From positions 256,001-320,000 of the forward strand of contig OZ253564.1 of NCBI GenBank assembly GCA_965262915.1: DNA of 64,000 bases, given 5' to 3'. How positions within the stretch are numbered: position 1 is the stretch's first letter; every line of letters starts with the position of its first letter. The stretch is from Candidatus Spongiisociaceae bacterium (GTDB lineage: Bacteria; Actinomycetota; Acidimicrobiia; Spongiisociales; Spongiisociaceae). Position numbers and translations under genes: made by a program. The notes under the pieces are model-generated. The model worked only from the letters and a program-made list of their open reading frames with translations, made no database searches and was not told where the DNA came from. Of this stretch, positions 40,217-50,069 are shown piece after piece.

Positions 40217-42871
40217 TCATTGGGTGAACAGTTCGCCTTGGGCGGTAGCTTTGCCTGCTTGGGCGGTCGCTTGGCGCGTGAGGCGCTCTTGGCTGGTTGT
40301 TAGCGACTGGTACATGGTGCGCTCTCGGTCGCCCTCGGGCAGCAGTTCGCTCAAGACGCGTGCGAGATCCCAGAATCCGGGAGCGTCGCCGTAGCCGGAC
40401 GCGGCTAGGAGGTCCACGACGTCGGCTGGCCGCCCGGCGTCCCACAGTTGTGCGGCGATGTGCAGCAAGTCGATGATCGGGGCGTCGGGCCTGACACGGA
40501 TGTTTCTTCGCTGGTGCGGTCCGAGCAGGGAGAACTTCTTGCCGGAACGGTGGATCATCCCCCCTGGGTGGGTCGCGTCGTCGAGGCCGACGGAGAAGGC
40601 TCGGGAGAGTTTGATCGCTTCGTCGTCGGGTATGGGAACCGTAAGGTACGCCCAACGCCAGCTCACATAGAGCAGTGACCACTCGTCGAGCATACCGAGG
40701 GCCTCGGGACTCAGCAGTCGTCCCATGGCGTGGCGGGCGACGGTCTTGCGGGCGAGTTCCATCAGATCGCCGACGGACACTTCTGTGCCGTCGAGCCGGA
40801 TCACGCTGCGGTGGCGTGCGAACACCTCGAAGGCCGGCCCGACCGCGGACACGAAGTAGTCGGCGCCGTGCAGGCCCATGTCCTCAAAGGAGTCGAGCCG
40901 CTCATGCACGACCCGGTCGAGTTCCGCGTCGACCTCGTCGTAGAAGGCGTCGCCGGCTTTCCGCAGCGGGCGGCACACGAGCACGACGGAGCTGCCCAGC
41001 GCTGCCCTGACATGAGCGACCGGGCGGCCCACCATCTCGGAGCGGATCGGCCACGACGTTGTGACGCCCAGCCCGGCGACGCGCAACGCCAGCAGCAGCT
41101 TCTCCCAAGCCTTGACGTTGGTGTGGGCAAAGACGATGGCCACGACGCCGTCGGGTTTCACGACGCGGGCCACCTCGGAGAGGGCGTTGCCGAGGCGCCG
41201 GTCGAAGTCCTCTTCGGTTATGTGGCCGCTCATGCCCGGGCGGCACCGGTTCTGCACGACCTCTTGGGCTTTGGGCGTCCAGGGCGTGGCGAAATGCTCG
41301 GGGTACAGGTGCCCGACGCTTCGCTTGAGCCACATATAGAAGAAGTCCGACAGGTCGGAGTACATGACCGAGAAGTAGTAGGGCGGGTCGATGAGCACGG
41401 CGTCGAACTCGCCGTCTGCGAAGGGCATCGCCTGGGCGTTGCCGCGCAGCACTGTCGCGGGCCCGTCACCTGCCTGTGCGCAATGTTCGATGACCTTGCA
41501 GATCGCGGCGACAGCGCCGTTCCAGGATCCTGAGCCGGTGCGGAACGGGTAGTTCTCGCAGAAGTCCCAACGCATCTGCACCGTCTGGCCGGGAAATGTC
41601 CCTCGAATCTTCTCGCCGCCCGTCTGCCAGCTGGAGAAGGCGGAGTTGCGGTCGGCGACCTTGTCGAGAGCGAAGGCCAGATAGGTCGCGACCGCCCTGG
41701 CCCGGTGGGGGTCCATGCCCTCGTCCAGCATGGCGGCATGCGCGTCGCGGATAGCAGCGGCGAGCGTCGCGAACAGCACGAGCTGGCGGTCGGTGAACAC
41801 CGACCGCCACGTCCGGTAACCGTAGGGCAGGAACTGCAGATTCCTGTAGCCGATCTGGTCGACCGCTTCGTCGGGGAGGCGGGAGGTGCCGTCGTCGAAC
41901 TCGGCGCTCTCGAGGGCAGCGGCCTCGGCGCCGGCGAGCACCGGCCCCTCCAGTTCGACGGAGGTCGGGCTGCGATAGGTTCGGATGCGGCCGTTGATGT
42001 CGCACACGGCGTAGAGCCTGTAGCCGAAACCGTTGTCGCGGCCGTGCTGTTTGACGTCTTGCTGGGGTGCTGTGATGCCCGTGATGGGGCAGGTGACGCT
42101 GCCCGCGGACTCGAAGCCCTCCTTGAGGGTCGGATCGTTGGGCAGTTCGCCCTGGTGCACGTCGATGTTGACGCCTTCGGGCCCGGCGGATGTGGTCACC
42201 CAGGCGTTGCGCCGGGCCGACGCGAGGAGACGGGAACTGAGAATAGGGATCTCGGCATCGAGGTTCGGATCCGGGCTCGGCATAGTCCGCACCCAGAAGT
42301 AGTACGGCGCCGGGCCGCTCTGACCCTCTGCGATGGGGTACAGGCGGTCGACGGTTCGGCGTGTTCGCTCCGCCGTCCAGTCCGCCCATCGTTGCACGTC
42401 CACGGCGAGGGCGTTGCGGCCCCTTGTGTCGTTGTCCCGGTACCGTTGCGGGTAGTCGAGGCACGCCAACTCGATGAGGTACGCGACGGGGTTGAGGTCC
42501 ATCGCTGTCGTGTCGCATCCGAGTCGCAGCGCCTCCAGCGGGATCGCGCCGCCGCCGGCGAAGCAGTCAAGCACCTTCGGGCCGCCCGGCGCTGTGGCCC
42601 TGATGCGCTCGCGCAGCCACTTGATCCCTTGATTGTTGGGGAGCTCCTTGGTGGCCATGGCCTGCGCGATCTGCTTCTCGGCCTCGGCTGCGTCGCCGCT
42701 GCTGTCGATCAGAGACGCGGCTGCCACGGCTCTGGCCATGGGCAGGGGCCGACGTGCCCACCAGGTGTGCATCGTGGAGATGTGCCCGTCGTGGGTTCGC
42801 TTGTCGGTGTCGGACGCGTCGTTGATCGCCGGCAGCGGCAGCGTCTCCTCGATCAGCCTCTTTGTGGTCAT
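40217..42871 (-). CDS. DUF1156 adenine DNA methyltransferase
   Basis: MHTWWARRPL, DCFAGGGAIPLEA, IDPPYY, YSDLSDFFY. Confidence 0.92.
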   Translation of the reverse strand: MTTKRLIEETLPLPAINDASDTDKRTHDGHISTMHTWWARRPLPMARAVAAASLIDSSGDAAEAEKQIAQAMATKELPNNQGIKWLRERIRATAPGGPKVLDCFAGGGAIPLEALRLGCDTTAMDLNPVAYLIELACLDYPQRYRDNDTRGRNALAVDVQRWADWTAERTRRTVDRLYPIAEGQSGPAPYYFWVRTMPSPDPNLDAEIPILSSRLLASARRNAWVTTSAGPEGVNIDVHQGELPNDPTLKEGFESAGSVTCPITGITAPQQDVKQHGRDNGFGYRLYAVCDINGRIRTYRSPTSVELEGPVLAGAEAAALESAEFDDGTSRLPDEAVDQIGYRNLQFLPYGYRTWRSVFTDRQLVLFATLAAAIRDAHAAMLDEGMDPHRARAVATYLAFALDKVADRNSAFSSWQTGGEKIRGTFPGQTVQMRWDFCENYPFRTGSGSWNGAVAAICKVIEHCAQAGDGPATVLRGNAQAMPFADGEFDAVLIDPPYYFSVMYSDLSDFFYMWLKRSVGHLYPEHFATPWTPKAQEVVQNRCRPGMSGHITEEDFDRRLGNALSEVARVVKPDGVVAIVFAHTNVKAWEKLLLALRVAGLGVTTSWPIRSEMVGRPVAHVRAALGSSVVLVCRPLRKAGDAFYDEVDAELDRVVHERLDSFEDMGLHGADYFVSAVGPAFEVFARHRSVIRLDGTEVSVGDLMELARKTVARHAMGRLLSPEALGMLDEWSLLYVSWRWAYLTVPIPDDEAIKLSRAFSVGLDDATHPGGMIHRSGKKFSLLGPHQRRNIRVRPDAPIIDLLHIAAQLWDAGRPADVVDLLAASGYGDAPGFWDLARVLSELLPEGDRERTMYQSLTTSQERLTRQATAQAGKATAQGELFTQ

Positions 42872-45800
42872 GGCCGGGCCTCGGATGCGTCGATGACTGG
42901 CTGTGGGGCCACCCGGTAACGCACATCGAGGGTGGACGCCCAGGCATCCGCGAGGGACTTGACCGGGTTCTGGACGCGGTACAGGCGCGGTCGCGGGCTG
43001 GCGCAGTCCAACACGACGTATAGCCAGTAGCCGTCCCCGAGCTCGATTGCCTTGGCAAACTCAGACCAGGTCAACTCGACCGATCCGACGCCGGCTCGTC
43101 CTTTGACCTCGATGCGGCGCCGCTGAACGCCCTTCACCGACACCAGATCGAATCCGACGTTGTCGGATTCGACGGATTGCACCTGCGCGCCGCGCACCTC
43201 GGTCTCGTACCTCACAACGACTCCAACAGCGACCTGCTCGATCTCGCGGTTCGAGTGCATGGCGGCTCCACCGCCAGGGGTCTGTTGATTCTGGTCGGGG
43301 CGACCCGAGGCGTCTGTGGGCAGCAACAGTGCCCTTGCGAAGATCCGCACCGGTCCCCGTCTGACGTTGCGGGCTCGTCGTACCTCGCTCAGCCGGCGGT
43401 TGCGTCGTGTCTCGATCTCCTCTCGGGTCAGTTCAGCCTGACGCAGCCGCCCCTTGGACCCAATAGCGCCCCTTTGGACTTCGGCGTCAAGACCAAACAG
43501 GGTTTCCTGCTGCCGGCTCAACATCACCCTGAACGCATTGGTGAGGTACTCCTCGGCGATGGCGGTAGTGCGTTCGCGCTCTGATCGCGCCCTCTGGTAA
43601 CGACGCTCGAACTCGTGGCCTCGCGCCCATCCGGTAACGACCTCATCGCCCGGGGCCTGCACATGCGGTGTCTCGCCCGTGTGATCGATCAGGTCATAGA
43701 GCAGGATCCGCTCCGAAGCCAGAGTCCCGCCGAGCGGCTCGGTGATCGAGGCGAACGCCCGGTGCACGACCTCGCCGTTGCCGTCGATGCTGTCTCCAGT
43801 GACGAAGTACACGACTGTGGGAGAAGCGATGTCGGATGCGCAGAACGCGGCTCCGGCTTCGACATCGGCGCGGGTCTGTTCGACGACCGCGTCGAGGGCG
43901 GCGTCGAACAGCGGGTGCCCAGGGCCGCACAACTCCGCTTCGGGCGTGGCCGTTGCGGCGGCGTCGCCGGGACGCAGAGCGACAGCCCGGTCAAAGGTGA
44001 GCCGTTCGTAAGTTGGGAAGATCTCGCGAGTGGCGCCAGCCAGCCGCGAGGCGGCTACGAGTTGATCAGGCGTGCGGGTAACTCGAAGGGTGTGGTCGAG
44101 TCTGTGGGCCACGTGTCCGCCGAGGAAGTCCACTGCGTCACGGAAGAACCGCTCGACGTAGCCCGCGGGCAGACGCCGATCAGTGGCTCGCGCCGCGGAG
44201 TCCGCTTGCGCCTGCCAGTTCAGGTGGTGCGTAGCCAGCGCCTTGGCGGTCAGCGTCCGGAACTTCTCCTCTATCTGCGGGTCGATGGTGTCGCCGCCGA
44301 GTTCGTCGATTGCCTGCTGTTGGGTGACTTCCCCCGCGAGGACCTTCTCGATCAGAACGGCGAGGTGCGTACCTGCGAAGATCTCTCCGATCACGTCGAA
44401 CACGCTCTCGCCGAGTGTCTCGGCCATGTTCTCCAGCTTGCGTAGCAACGTCGCCAGCACGGCGCCCTCGCGGGTGTTCATCGCCACGAGGTTGTAGATG
44501 TGCACGTCGCGTGTCTGCCCGATGCGGTGTATGCGGCCCATCCGCTGTTCGAGACGGTTCGGGTTCCATGGGATGTCGTAGTTGACCATCAAGTGGCAGA
44601 ACTGCAGGTTGATGCCTTCTCCCGCTGCTTCTGTGGCGACCATGATCTGTGCCTGTTCGCGGAACTGCTTCTCCGCGGCGATGCGGTTTCGCAGCCTCAG
44701 CCCGCCGTGGATGACCGCCACCTCAAAGCCCTCAACGTCGAGCCTCTCGGTAAGAAAGTCAAGGGTGTCTTTGTGTTCGGTGAAGATGAGCAGCTTGACG
44801 GAACGGTCCTGACGGAGGCCTAGCTTGTCGAGGACACTGAGCAACTCGTTCAGTTTGATTTCGGTGCCTGCCGCCTCGGTCTGCTCGGCCTGTGCCAGCA
44901 GGGGCCGCAACACTTCGAGTTCGTCCCGCAACTCCTCCACCGTGCTGGGCAGCCATTCCTCGAGGGCTCGCTCCTCCAAGTCCCACCTCTCTTGCTCGGC
45001 GAGGTCGGCCAGTGCCTCCGAGTCGCCTCCATAAACCTGTAAAATGAAGTCCCTGAGGTTCCGCACGTATGTCTCGGGATCATCCAGCGCCCGCTCGAGG
45101 CGGGCGATACGACGTTGCAGGGTCCGCTTGATTGCCCGCACCGACGACGCCAGACGGCGCTGCATGATTGTGAGCGCGAATCCGGCCACCCCTCGAGTCG
45201 CGTTGCCGCGGATGCGGGCCAGTTCCGTGGACACGAATCGGGTCACCGCCTCATACAAATCCAGCTCAGCACCGGACAACGAATAACTGACTGTGTGGGG
45301 ATGGCGAGGCTTGAACAGCTTGTTGCCCGCCATGTCCACCATCTGCTCTTTGGGGACCTTCCGATAGTGCTGAGGGCTCAAGTCGATCGGGCCGGTCGGG
45401 CAGACATCTCCGTAGGCGTCACGGTCCACGAGGCGCAGCAGCCCCCACAGCGACGAGTTGCGCCCCGAATGCGGGGTAGCCGTCAGACAGATCAACCGGT
45501 GCGTTCTCTCAGCCACCTGCTCCGCTGCTTGGTAGCGGTCGCTGCGCTTGTTCACCCGCCCATCAGCGCCCACCTGCAGCGTGTAGCCGTGAGCCTCGTC
45601 CAGAATCGCCAGGTCCCAGCGCTTGTCAGCTGCACAGAATGCGGCCAAGACCTCCTCGCGCTTGAGCCAATCACGCGACACGATCACGAAGTCGTGCAGA
45701 TCCCAGGGATTTTGGGTCGGGTTCGCGTCGAACGTCGAAGCATCGAACTGTACGCAGTGGATATCGAAGCGCTCAGCTAGCTCGCGCTGCCACTGAGGGC

Positions 45801-46302
45801 GAAGATTCGCAGGCGTCACGATAAGCACCCGATCCGCGGCGCGGCGCAGCATCAACTCCTTGATGAACAGACCGGCCATGATCGTCTTGCCCGAGCCCGG
45901 GTCGTCTGCCAGCAGAAAGCGCAGAACGGGCTCCTCCAAGAACACCCCATAGACAGCGTCAAGTTGATGAGGCAGCGGAGATATCCGCGACACCGCCAAC
46001 CCCGGCATATCGTGACGGAAGGCGTTCTCGATCCGCCACGCCTCAACACCGAGACGGAACCGGCGCGGGTCGCCGTCAAACAACGGGCCCGTCGCCGAGC
46101 CGATGATCTCGATCCCGGCAAGCTCGTCCTCAGGAAGCGTCACCTCCCCGAAACCGCCCGACAGGCCGCGGAACACGAACTCCCAGAACGGGCCCTGCCG
46201 AACGCTGACCAGCGTCACAGCAGCCTCATCACCCGGAAAACGCACACGCGCGTCGGGCGTTAGCCGCAAGGGGTCAAACATCCCCAGAGTATGACATAGC
46301 AC
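42868..46302 (-). CDS. SNF2-family helicase with C-terminal DUF3883 nuclease
   Basis: LLADDPGSGKT, DEAH, TATPH, GEGINLQ, EQRMGRIHRIGQ; GFDL...IEVKG...YWLYVV. Confidence 0.92.
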   Translation of the reverse strand: MLCHTLGMFDPLRLTPDARVRFPGDEAAVTLVSVRQGPFWEFVFRGLSGGFGEVTLPEDELAGIEIIGSATGPLFDGDPRRFRLGVEAWRIENAFRHDMPGLAVSRISPLPHQLDAVYGVFLEEPVLRFLLADDPGSGKTIMAGLFIKELMLRRAADRVLIVTPANLRPQWQRELAERFDIHCVQFDASTFDANPTQNPWDLHDFVIVSRDWLKREEVLAAFCAADKRWDLAILDEAHGYTLQVGADGRVNKRSDRYQAAEQVAERTHRLICLTATPHSGRNSSLWGLLRLVDRDAYGDVCPTGPIDLSPQHYRKVPKEQMVDMAGNKLFKPRHPHTVSYSLSGAELDLYEAVTRFVSTELARIRGNATRGVAGFALTIMQRRLASSVRAIKRTLQRRIARLERALDDPETYVRNLRDFILQVYGGDSEALADLAEQERWDLEERALEEWLPSTVEELRDELEVLRPLLAQAEQTEAAGTEIKLNELLSVLDKLGLRQDRSVKLLIFTEHKDTLDFLTERLDVEGFEVAVIHGGLRLRNRIAAEKQFREQAQIMVATEAAGEGINLQFCHLMVNYDIPWNPNRLEQRMGRIHRIGQTRDVHIYNLVAMNTREGAVLATLLRKLENMAETLGESVFDVIGEIFAGTHLAVLIEKVLAGEVTQQQAIDELGGDTIDPQIEEKFRTLTAKALATHHLNWQAQADSAARATDRRLPAGYVERFFRDAVDFLGGHVAHRLDHTLRVTRTPDQLVAASRLAGATREIFPTYERLTFDRAVALRPGDAAATATPEAELCGPGHPLFDAALDAVVEQTRADVEAGAAFCASDIASPTVVYFVTGDSIDGNGEVVHRAFASITEPLGGTLASERILLYDLIDHTGETPHVQAPGDEVVTGWARGHEFERRYQRARSERERTTAIAEEYLTNAFRVMLSRQQETLFGLDAEVQRGAIGSKGRLRQAELTREEIETRRNRRLSEVRRARNVRRGPVRIFARALLLPTDASGRPDQNQQTPGGGAAMHSNREIEQVAVGVVVRYETEVRGAQVQSVESDNVGFDLVSVKGVQRRRIEVKGRAGVGSVELTWSEFAKAIELGDGYWLYVVLDCASPRPRLYRVQNPVKSLADAWASTLDVRYRVAPQPVIDASEARP

Positions 46303-46770
46303 CCTCCGGTCCCCGTCGCCTGTATGCCGAAGCGTTGTCCGTCAGTTCGTATCCCATGATCGAACACGAGCAAGACGGATCGTGGGCTAGGCGTCCTTGC
46401 GGACATCCTTCACCTTAACGTCCGGACTTGCGATTTCCTGGGGGCGGCGGAGGCCTCTTTCGGAAGGCCGAATCAGGTGCCCTCCGATGGACCGTGGTAC
46501 TAAACGTGGGACTCCACCACTTGGCTGCCGCCTGCCACAGCCGATCACCTGGCTGTTCGCCGCTGTGGGCAGCGGAGGACCCGACCCTTCCGCTGCGGGG
46601 CTCAGGAGGTGATAGAGAGGTAGGACCGGGCGTCTTACAGCGACCAGCGCCATAGCGCCCCGTCCAGGTCTGTACCGGCGTGGTGATGATCCCGTGTTCG
46701 GTGTGTAGTCCGCCCGGCGGCGGGCCCTATAGTGCCCGAGGGCGTCCCATGCGACTGAACGGAGTGGCCA

Positions 46771-47928
46771 GTGAAGAACCGACCACCAAACGTCTTCGTG
46801 AGTTCGACCATGTACGACCTCAACCATCTCCGCTCGCAGCTTCGCCGATTCATAGAGGGACTCGGTTGGATCGCCGTGATGGCCGAGCACGGCTCGTTCG
46901 CGATCGACGCGAACCAGACGACGGTCAACAACAGCCTGAGGAACGTCCGCGAGAACGCCGATATCTTCGTGATGGTTGTCGGCGCGCGGTACGGTTCGGT
47001 CGACCCCGATACCGACAAGTCCGTAACCAACCTCGAATTCCTTGAAGCCCGAGCACGGGGCGTACCCACGTACGTCTTCGTCGACAGCGCCGTTCTTGCA
47101 CAGTTGAGTGTGTGGCGGAGCAACCCCGACGCCGACTACTCAGGCGTCGTCGACACGCCGCGCGTGCTCGAGTTCATAGATTCGTTCCGCGGGAGTGGCG
47201 ACGTCTGGACATTCCCATTCGCTATCACCGAGGACATCGTGGACACCTTGCGCAAGCAGTTCGCATACCTCGTGCAAGACGCCCTCGCTCTCCGTCAGAT
47301 GGCACATGGCCACGACCGTCTCCTAGAGGAGCTCGCCGGCGATGCTCTGCTAGTGGCGCTTCGACGCGACCCACAATGGGAACTCAGGCTCTTTGGAACA
47401 GTCCTCGAAGCAGAGCTGGACCGTCGAGCACCGCTACGCCGCGAGATCGAGTACCGGTTCGCTCAAGCCGACGTGACCCACATCAACCTAGACGATTTCG
47501 GACCGTGGGCACAGGATAGACTGCACGAACTCGGTGGGTACACGAGCACAGCGACGGCCATCGTCAACGACTACCTCCCACAGGCGATAGGGGATAAGGG
47601 GGTGCCAGGAGACCCGATCGAGACCGCCGCCGCTGCGCGTCGCCTCGCCCAGGTCTGGGAGGACAGCGCCCGCTGGACATTGCGCTGCCGCGCGGTTCGC
47701 GTCGACCCTGGTGCGGAACGTGTCGTTGATCTGCTGTCAACCATGAACGCCAACGTGCTCGACGAGATCTGGGAGTTTGGGCACAGAATCACCCCATTCT
47801 TCGATGAAGGCATCCCGGAATACACGGGTGACGGCCCCCGAGTCTTCGAGATACCTCTTACGCTCACCGTTGATGTCGACGAATTCACCGAGGAACTAGC
47901 CCGGTTCCGGCAAAGTCTGGTCCCATAG
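46771..47928 (+). CDS. DUF4062 (TIR-like) domain protein
   Basis: VFVSSTMYDL, VGARYGS, SVTNLEFLEA. Confidence 0.85.
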   Translation: MKNRPPNVFVSSTMYDLNHLRSQLRRFIEGLGWIAVMAEHGSFAIDANQTTVNNSLRNVRENADIFVMVVGARYGSVDPDTDKSVTNLEFLEARARGVPTYVFVDSAVLAQLSVWRSNPDADYSGVVDTPRVLEFIDSFRGSGDVWTFPFAITEDIVDTLRKQFAYLVQDALALRQMAHGHDRLLEELAGDALLVALRRDPQWELRLFGTVLEAELDRRAPLRREIEYRFAQADVTHINLDDFGPWAQDRLHELGGYTSTATAIVNDYLPQAIGDKGVPGDPIETAAAARRLAQVWEDSARWTLRCRAVRVDPGAERVVDLLSTMNANVLDEIWEFGHRITPFFDEGIPEYTGDGPRVFEIPLTLTVDVDEFTEELARFRQSLVP

Positions 47929-48279
47929 CCGCCAGGCCCCCTCCCACAGCTTTCCAACGGTTCCCTGTCTGGGTTTCTTTGTGCAAACCGGCGTCCGTGG
48001 GGTGGCCTCAGGTCGTGGGCGGGTTCTCCCGGCCCGCAGGGCGGCTCCTAGGCCTTTGGGTTGTATTGGTTAACGATCCTAGGGCCGGTTTCTGAGTGTT
48101 ACAGCCCGAAACCCTTCGAGGGGTTTCGGGGCCACGGTGTGCTGTGGGGAACCGGTTACCTGACTGTTCATCGGGCGGCAACGGAGCACCCTTCCGCTGT
48201 GGACCTTTTGGGAAGGGATGCGGAGCCGTGGAACCAACCGCCGGTCCTCAACAAACCGCAAAGCGGCCTATTCCCTCCG

Positions 48280-48753
48280 TTATGGATTGACGAACCAGCC
48301 TTCGACGATGCCCCAGTCCTCCGCTCCGAAGTTCTGGCCAGGACCAGTTGTGGGCGGTATGTCGCATATCTTCGATCCGTTGGTTGACCACACTACGGTG
48401 CCATCAGTATCTCGGCAGTGACGCTCCTTCTCTGACACCTGCGGCACGGCGGCCCATTCGTCAACGGCGAAGTCCTCCGGGCCGAATAGCTCGCCTTCTG
48501 ATGTCTTTGGGTGACGATCGCACACCCGTCCCCCGGTCGTCGATAGTTCGATGGAGCCGTTCAAGGTGGCGCATTGAACTTCTGCGGGTGACGGCTCGAA
48601 CACCCCTGTGTGGCGTATCAACACGTATAGGATTCCGACGAGAACGACAAGTATCCCGAGGAGTACCAGCGTTGTGCCGGTGCCGAGTGTGATAGTGGTG
48701 GGACTGTCGGGTTGCTTGTCGAGCATCAGGTTGGGCGTAAGGTCGTCGGCCAT
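48280..48753 (-). CDS. Single-pass membrane protein with Cys-containing external part
   Basis: Hydrophobic TLVLLGILVVLVGILYVLI; repeated C-x-C...FG(P/A)ED unit. Confidence 0.6.
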   Translation of the reverse strand: MADDLTPNLMLDKQPDSPTTITLGTGTTLVLLGILVVLVGILYVLIRHTGVFEPSPAEVQCATLNGSIELSTTGGRVCDRHPKTSEGELFGPEDFAVDEWAAVPQVSEKERHCRDTDGTVVWSTNGSKICDIPPTTGPGQNFGAEDWGIVEGWFVNP

Positions 48754-48891
48754 GTTTCATGGTCCCTTCGGTTGTGAGCCTACACGATAGGCATGGCTGG
48801 TGAGAGGGTCACAACGTGCTGGGAAGCTGGTACCTGGCTGCTTGCCGGGCGGTAGTTAACGGACAACCCCACCGCCGCTCGGCGACGGTTG

Positions 48892-49341
48892 CTATGGGGT
48901 CGTTAGCGACCTGATCAAGTCGCGTGCTGCTGCCGCTCCCTCTTTGTAGACCGTTTCCTGGGCATCATCGAGGCTCGTTTTACCTTCGCCGGCTTGGTGG
49001 AGTTGATGGGCGAGAAGCTGGGCTTGGGCGGAGTACCAGTCCAGGGCTGCGTCTATGGCTTCTTCGCGGGTGTGGTGGTTGCCTAGGCCGACGCGTTGCC
49101 CAGAGACAGCGTGGGTAGCTTCTCCCCAGATATCCCATCCCCGAGACCTTCCCCGCTTTTTCATTGTCGCAACTGGGGATAGTCCAATGCCGGGCAATCC
49201 GAGTAACGGCCCGACGGGGTAGACCTTCTGTCCCTGCTTCTTCATAGTGATGTCAAGCTGATGCCACAACTCGAACTGACGCCGCCTCCTGCGTCGTAAG
49301 GTCAGCATCTCGGCATAGTCCGGTATATCTGAGTCGGCCAC
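48892..49341 (-). CDS. Hypothetical protein
   Basis: AGGAGG RBS; 149-aa ORF. Confidence 0.55.
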   Translation of the reverse strand: MADSDIPDYAEMLTLRRRRRRQFELWHQLDITMKKQGQKVYPVGPLLGLPGIGLSPVATMKKRGRSRGWDIWGEATHAVSGQRVGLGNHHTREEAIDAALDWYSAQAQLLAHQLHQAGEGKTSLDDAQETVYKEGAAAARDLIRSLTTP

Positions 49342-49460
49342 GACGAACCTCCTTTACGGTCGAAGGATCCTGCGAAGCAGAACACGCCGCGAGGTTCCAG
49401 ACGATGGTGTGGACGATACCGAGGATGAGGCGGGGCGTTTACGCTGGACAGTCACCCTCT

Positions 49461-49859
49461 CTAGGTGTCGTAGACGGTGCTGATGGCGGTTTCGTGCTGA
49501 GGACACCAGAAGAAAGCCAGGTGGAAGGCGTCCACCAGATCCCAGGCCTGGATCCTCAGATTGGGGGGAGCCTCCTCATCCTGTGACAGGATGATCAACT
49601 CGAATAGCAGCGCCCTGGCATGGTTCAGGGGATAGTCAGGCTGCGCGGCCTCCCGCCTGTCGAGCTCCTCACAGATGACGCGGGCAGCTTGAGCCACATC
49701 GAAAAGAGTCAGGTCAGTGCCCCCAGTCCGGTTGATGTCAGCAATGATCTCCTCCACCAGAGCATTACGGGCCAACGGGTCCTGTTTCCAGGCGTCCGGA
49801 TCACCGCAGCTGGTGAGGGTGAGGACGCCGACCAGGACCAGGGTGATTAGTCGGAACAT
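49461..49859 (-). CDS. Putative lipoprotein
   Basis: Signal peptide with lipobox LTSC. Confidence 0.65.
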   Translation of the reverse strand: MFRLITLVLVGVLTLTSCGDPDAWKQDPLARNALVEEIIADINRTGGTDLTLFDVAQAARVICEELDRREAAQPDYPLNHARALLFELIILSQDEEAPPNLRIQAWDLVDAFHLAFFWCPQHETAISTVYDT

Positions 49860-50069
49860 GCGTAGCAGGTTACCCCCCAGCGTTCCAGGTCCCGTCGGTC
49901 CACACAGTTACCAAACGCTCTGACTGCGTAGAGGAACAGAAACCACACCAGTGAGTCCGTCCGTTGCCCTCCCCATGCCGACCAGCACCAACACCCGAGG
50001 TTGAGGCTCAGGATCCCACGATTCGTACCACCATCAGAGCGGCTCAAACGGTTGAGTTTACAGCAAAGC

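Noticed and set aside
41466-42919. Long alternative-frame and antisense ORFs (350 and 404 aa) and similar ones over IS and PhyH genes
   Set aside because: Shadow ORFs expected in high-GC coding DNA; no motifs.
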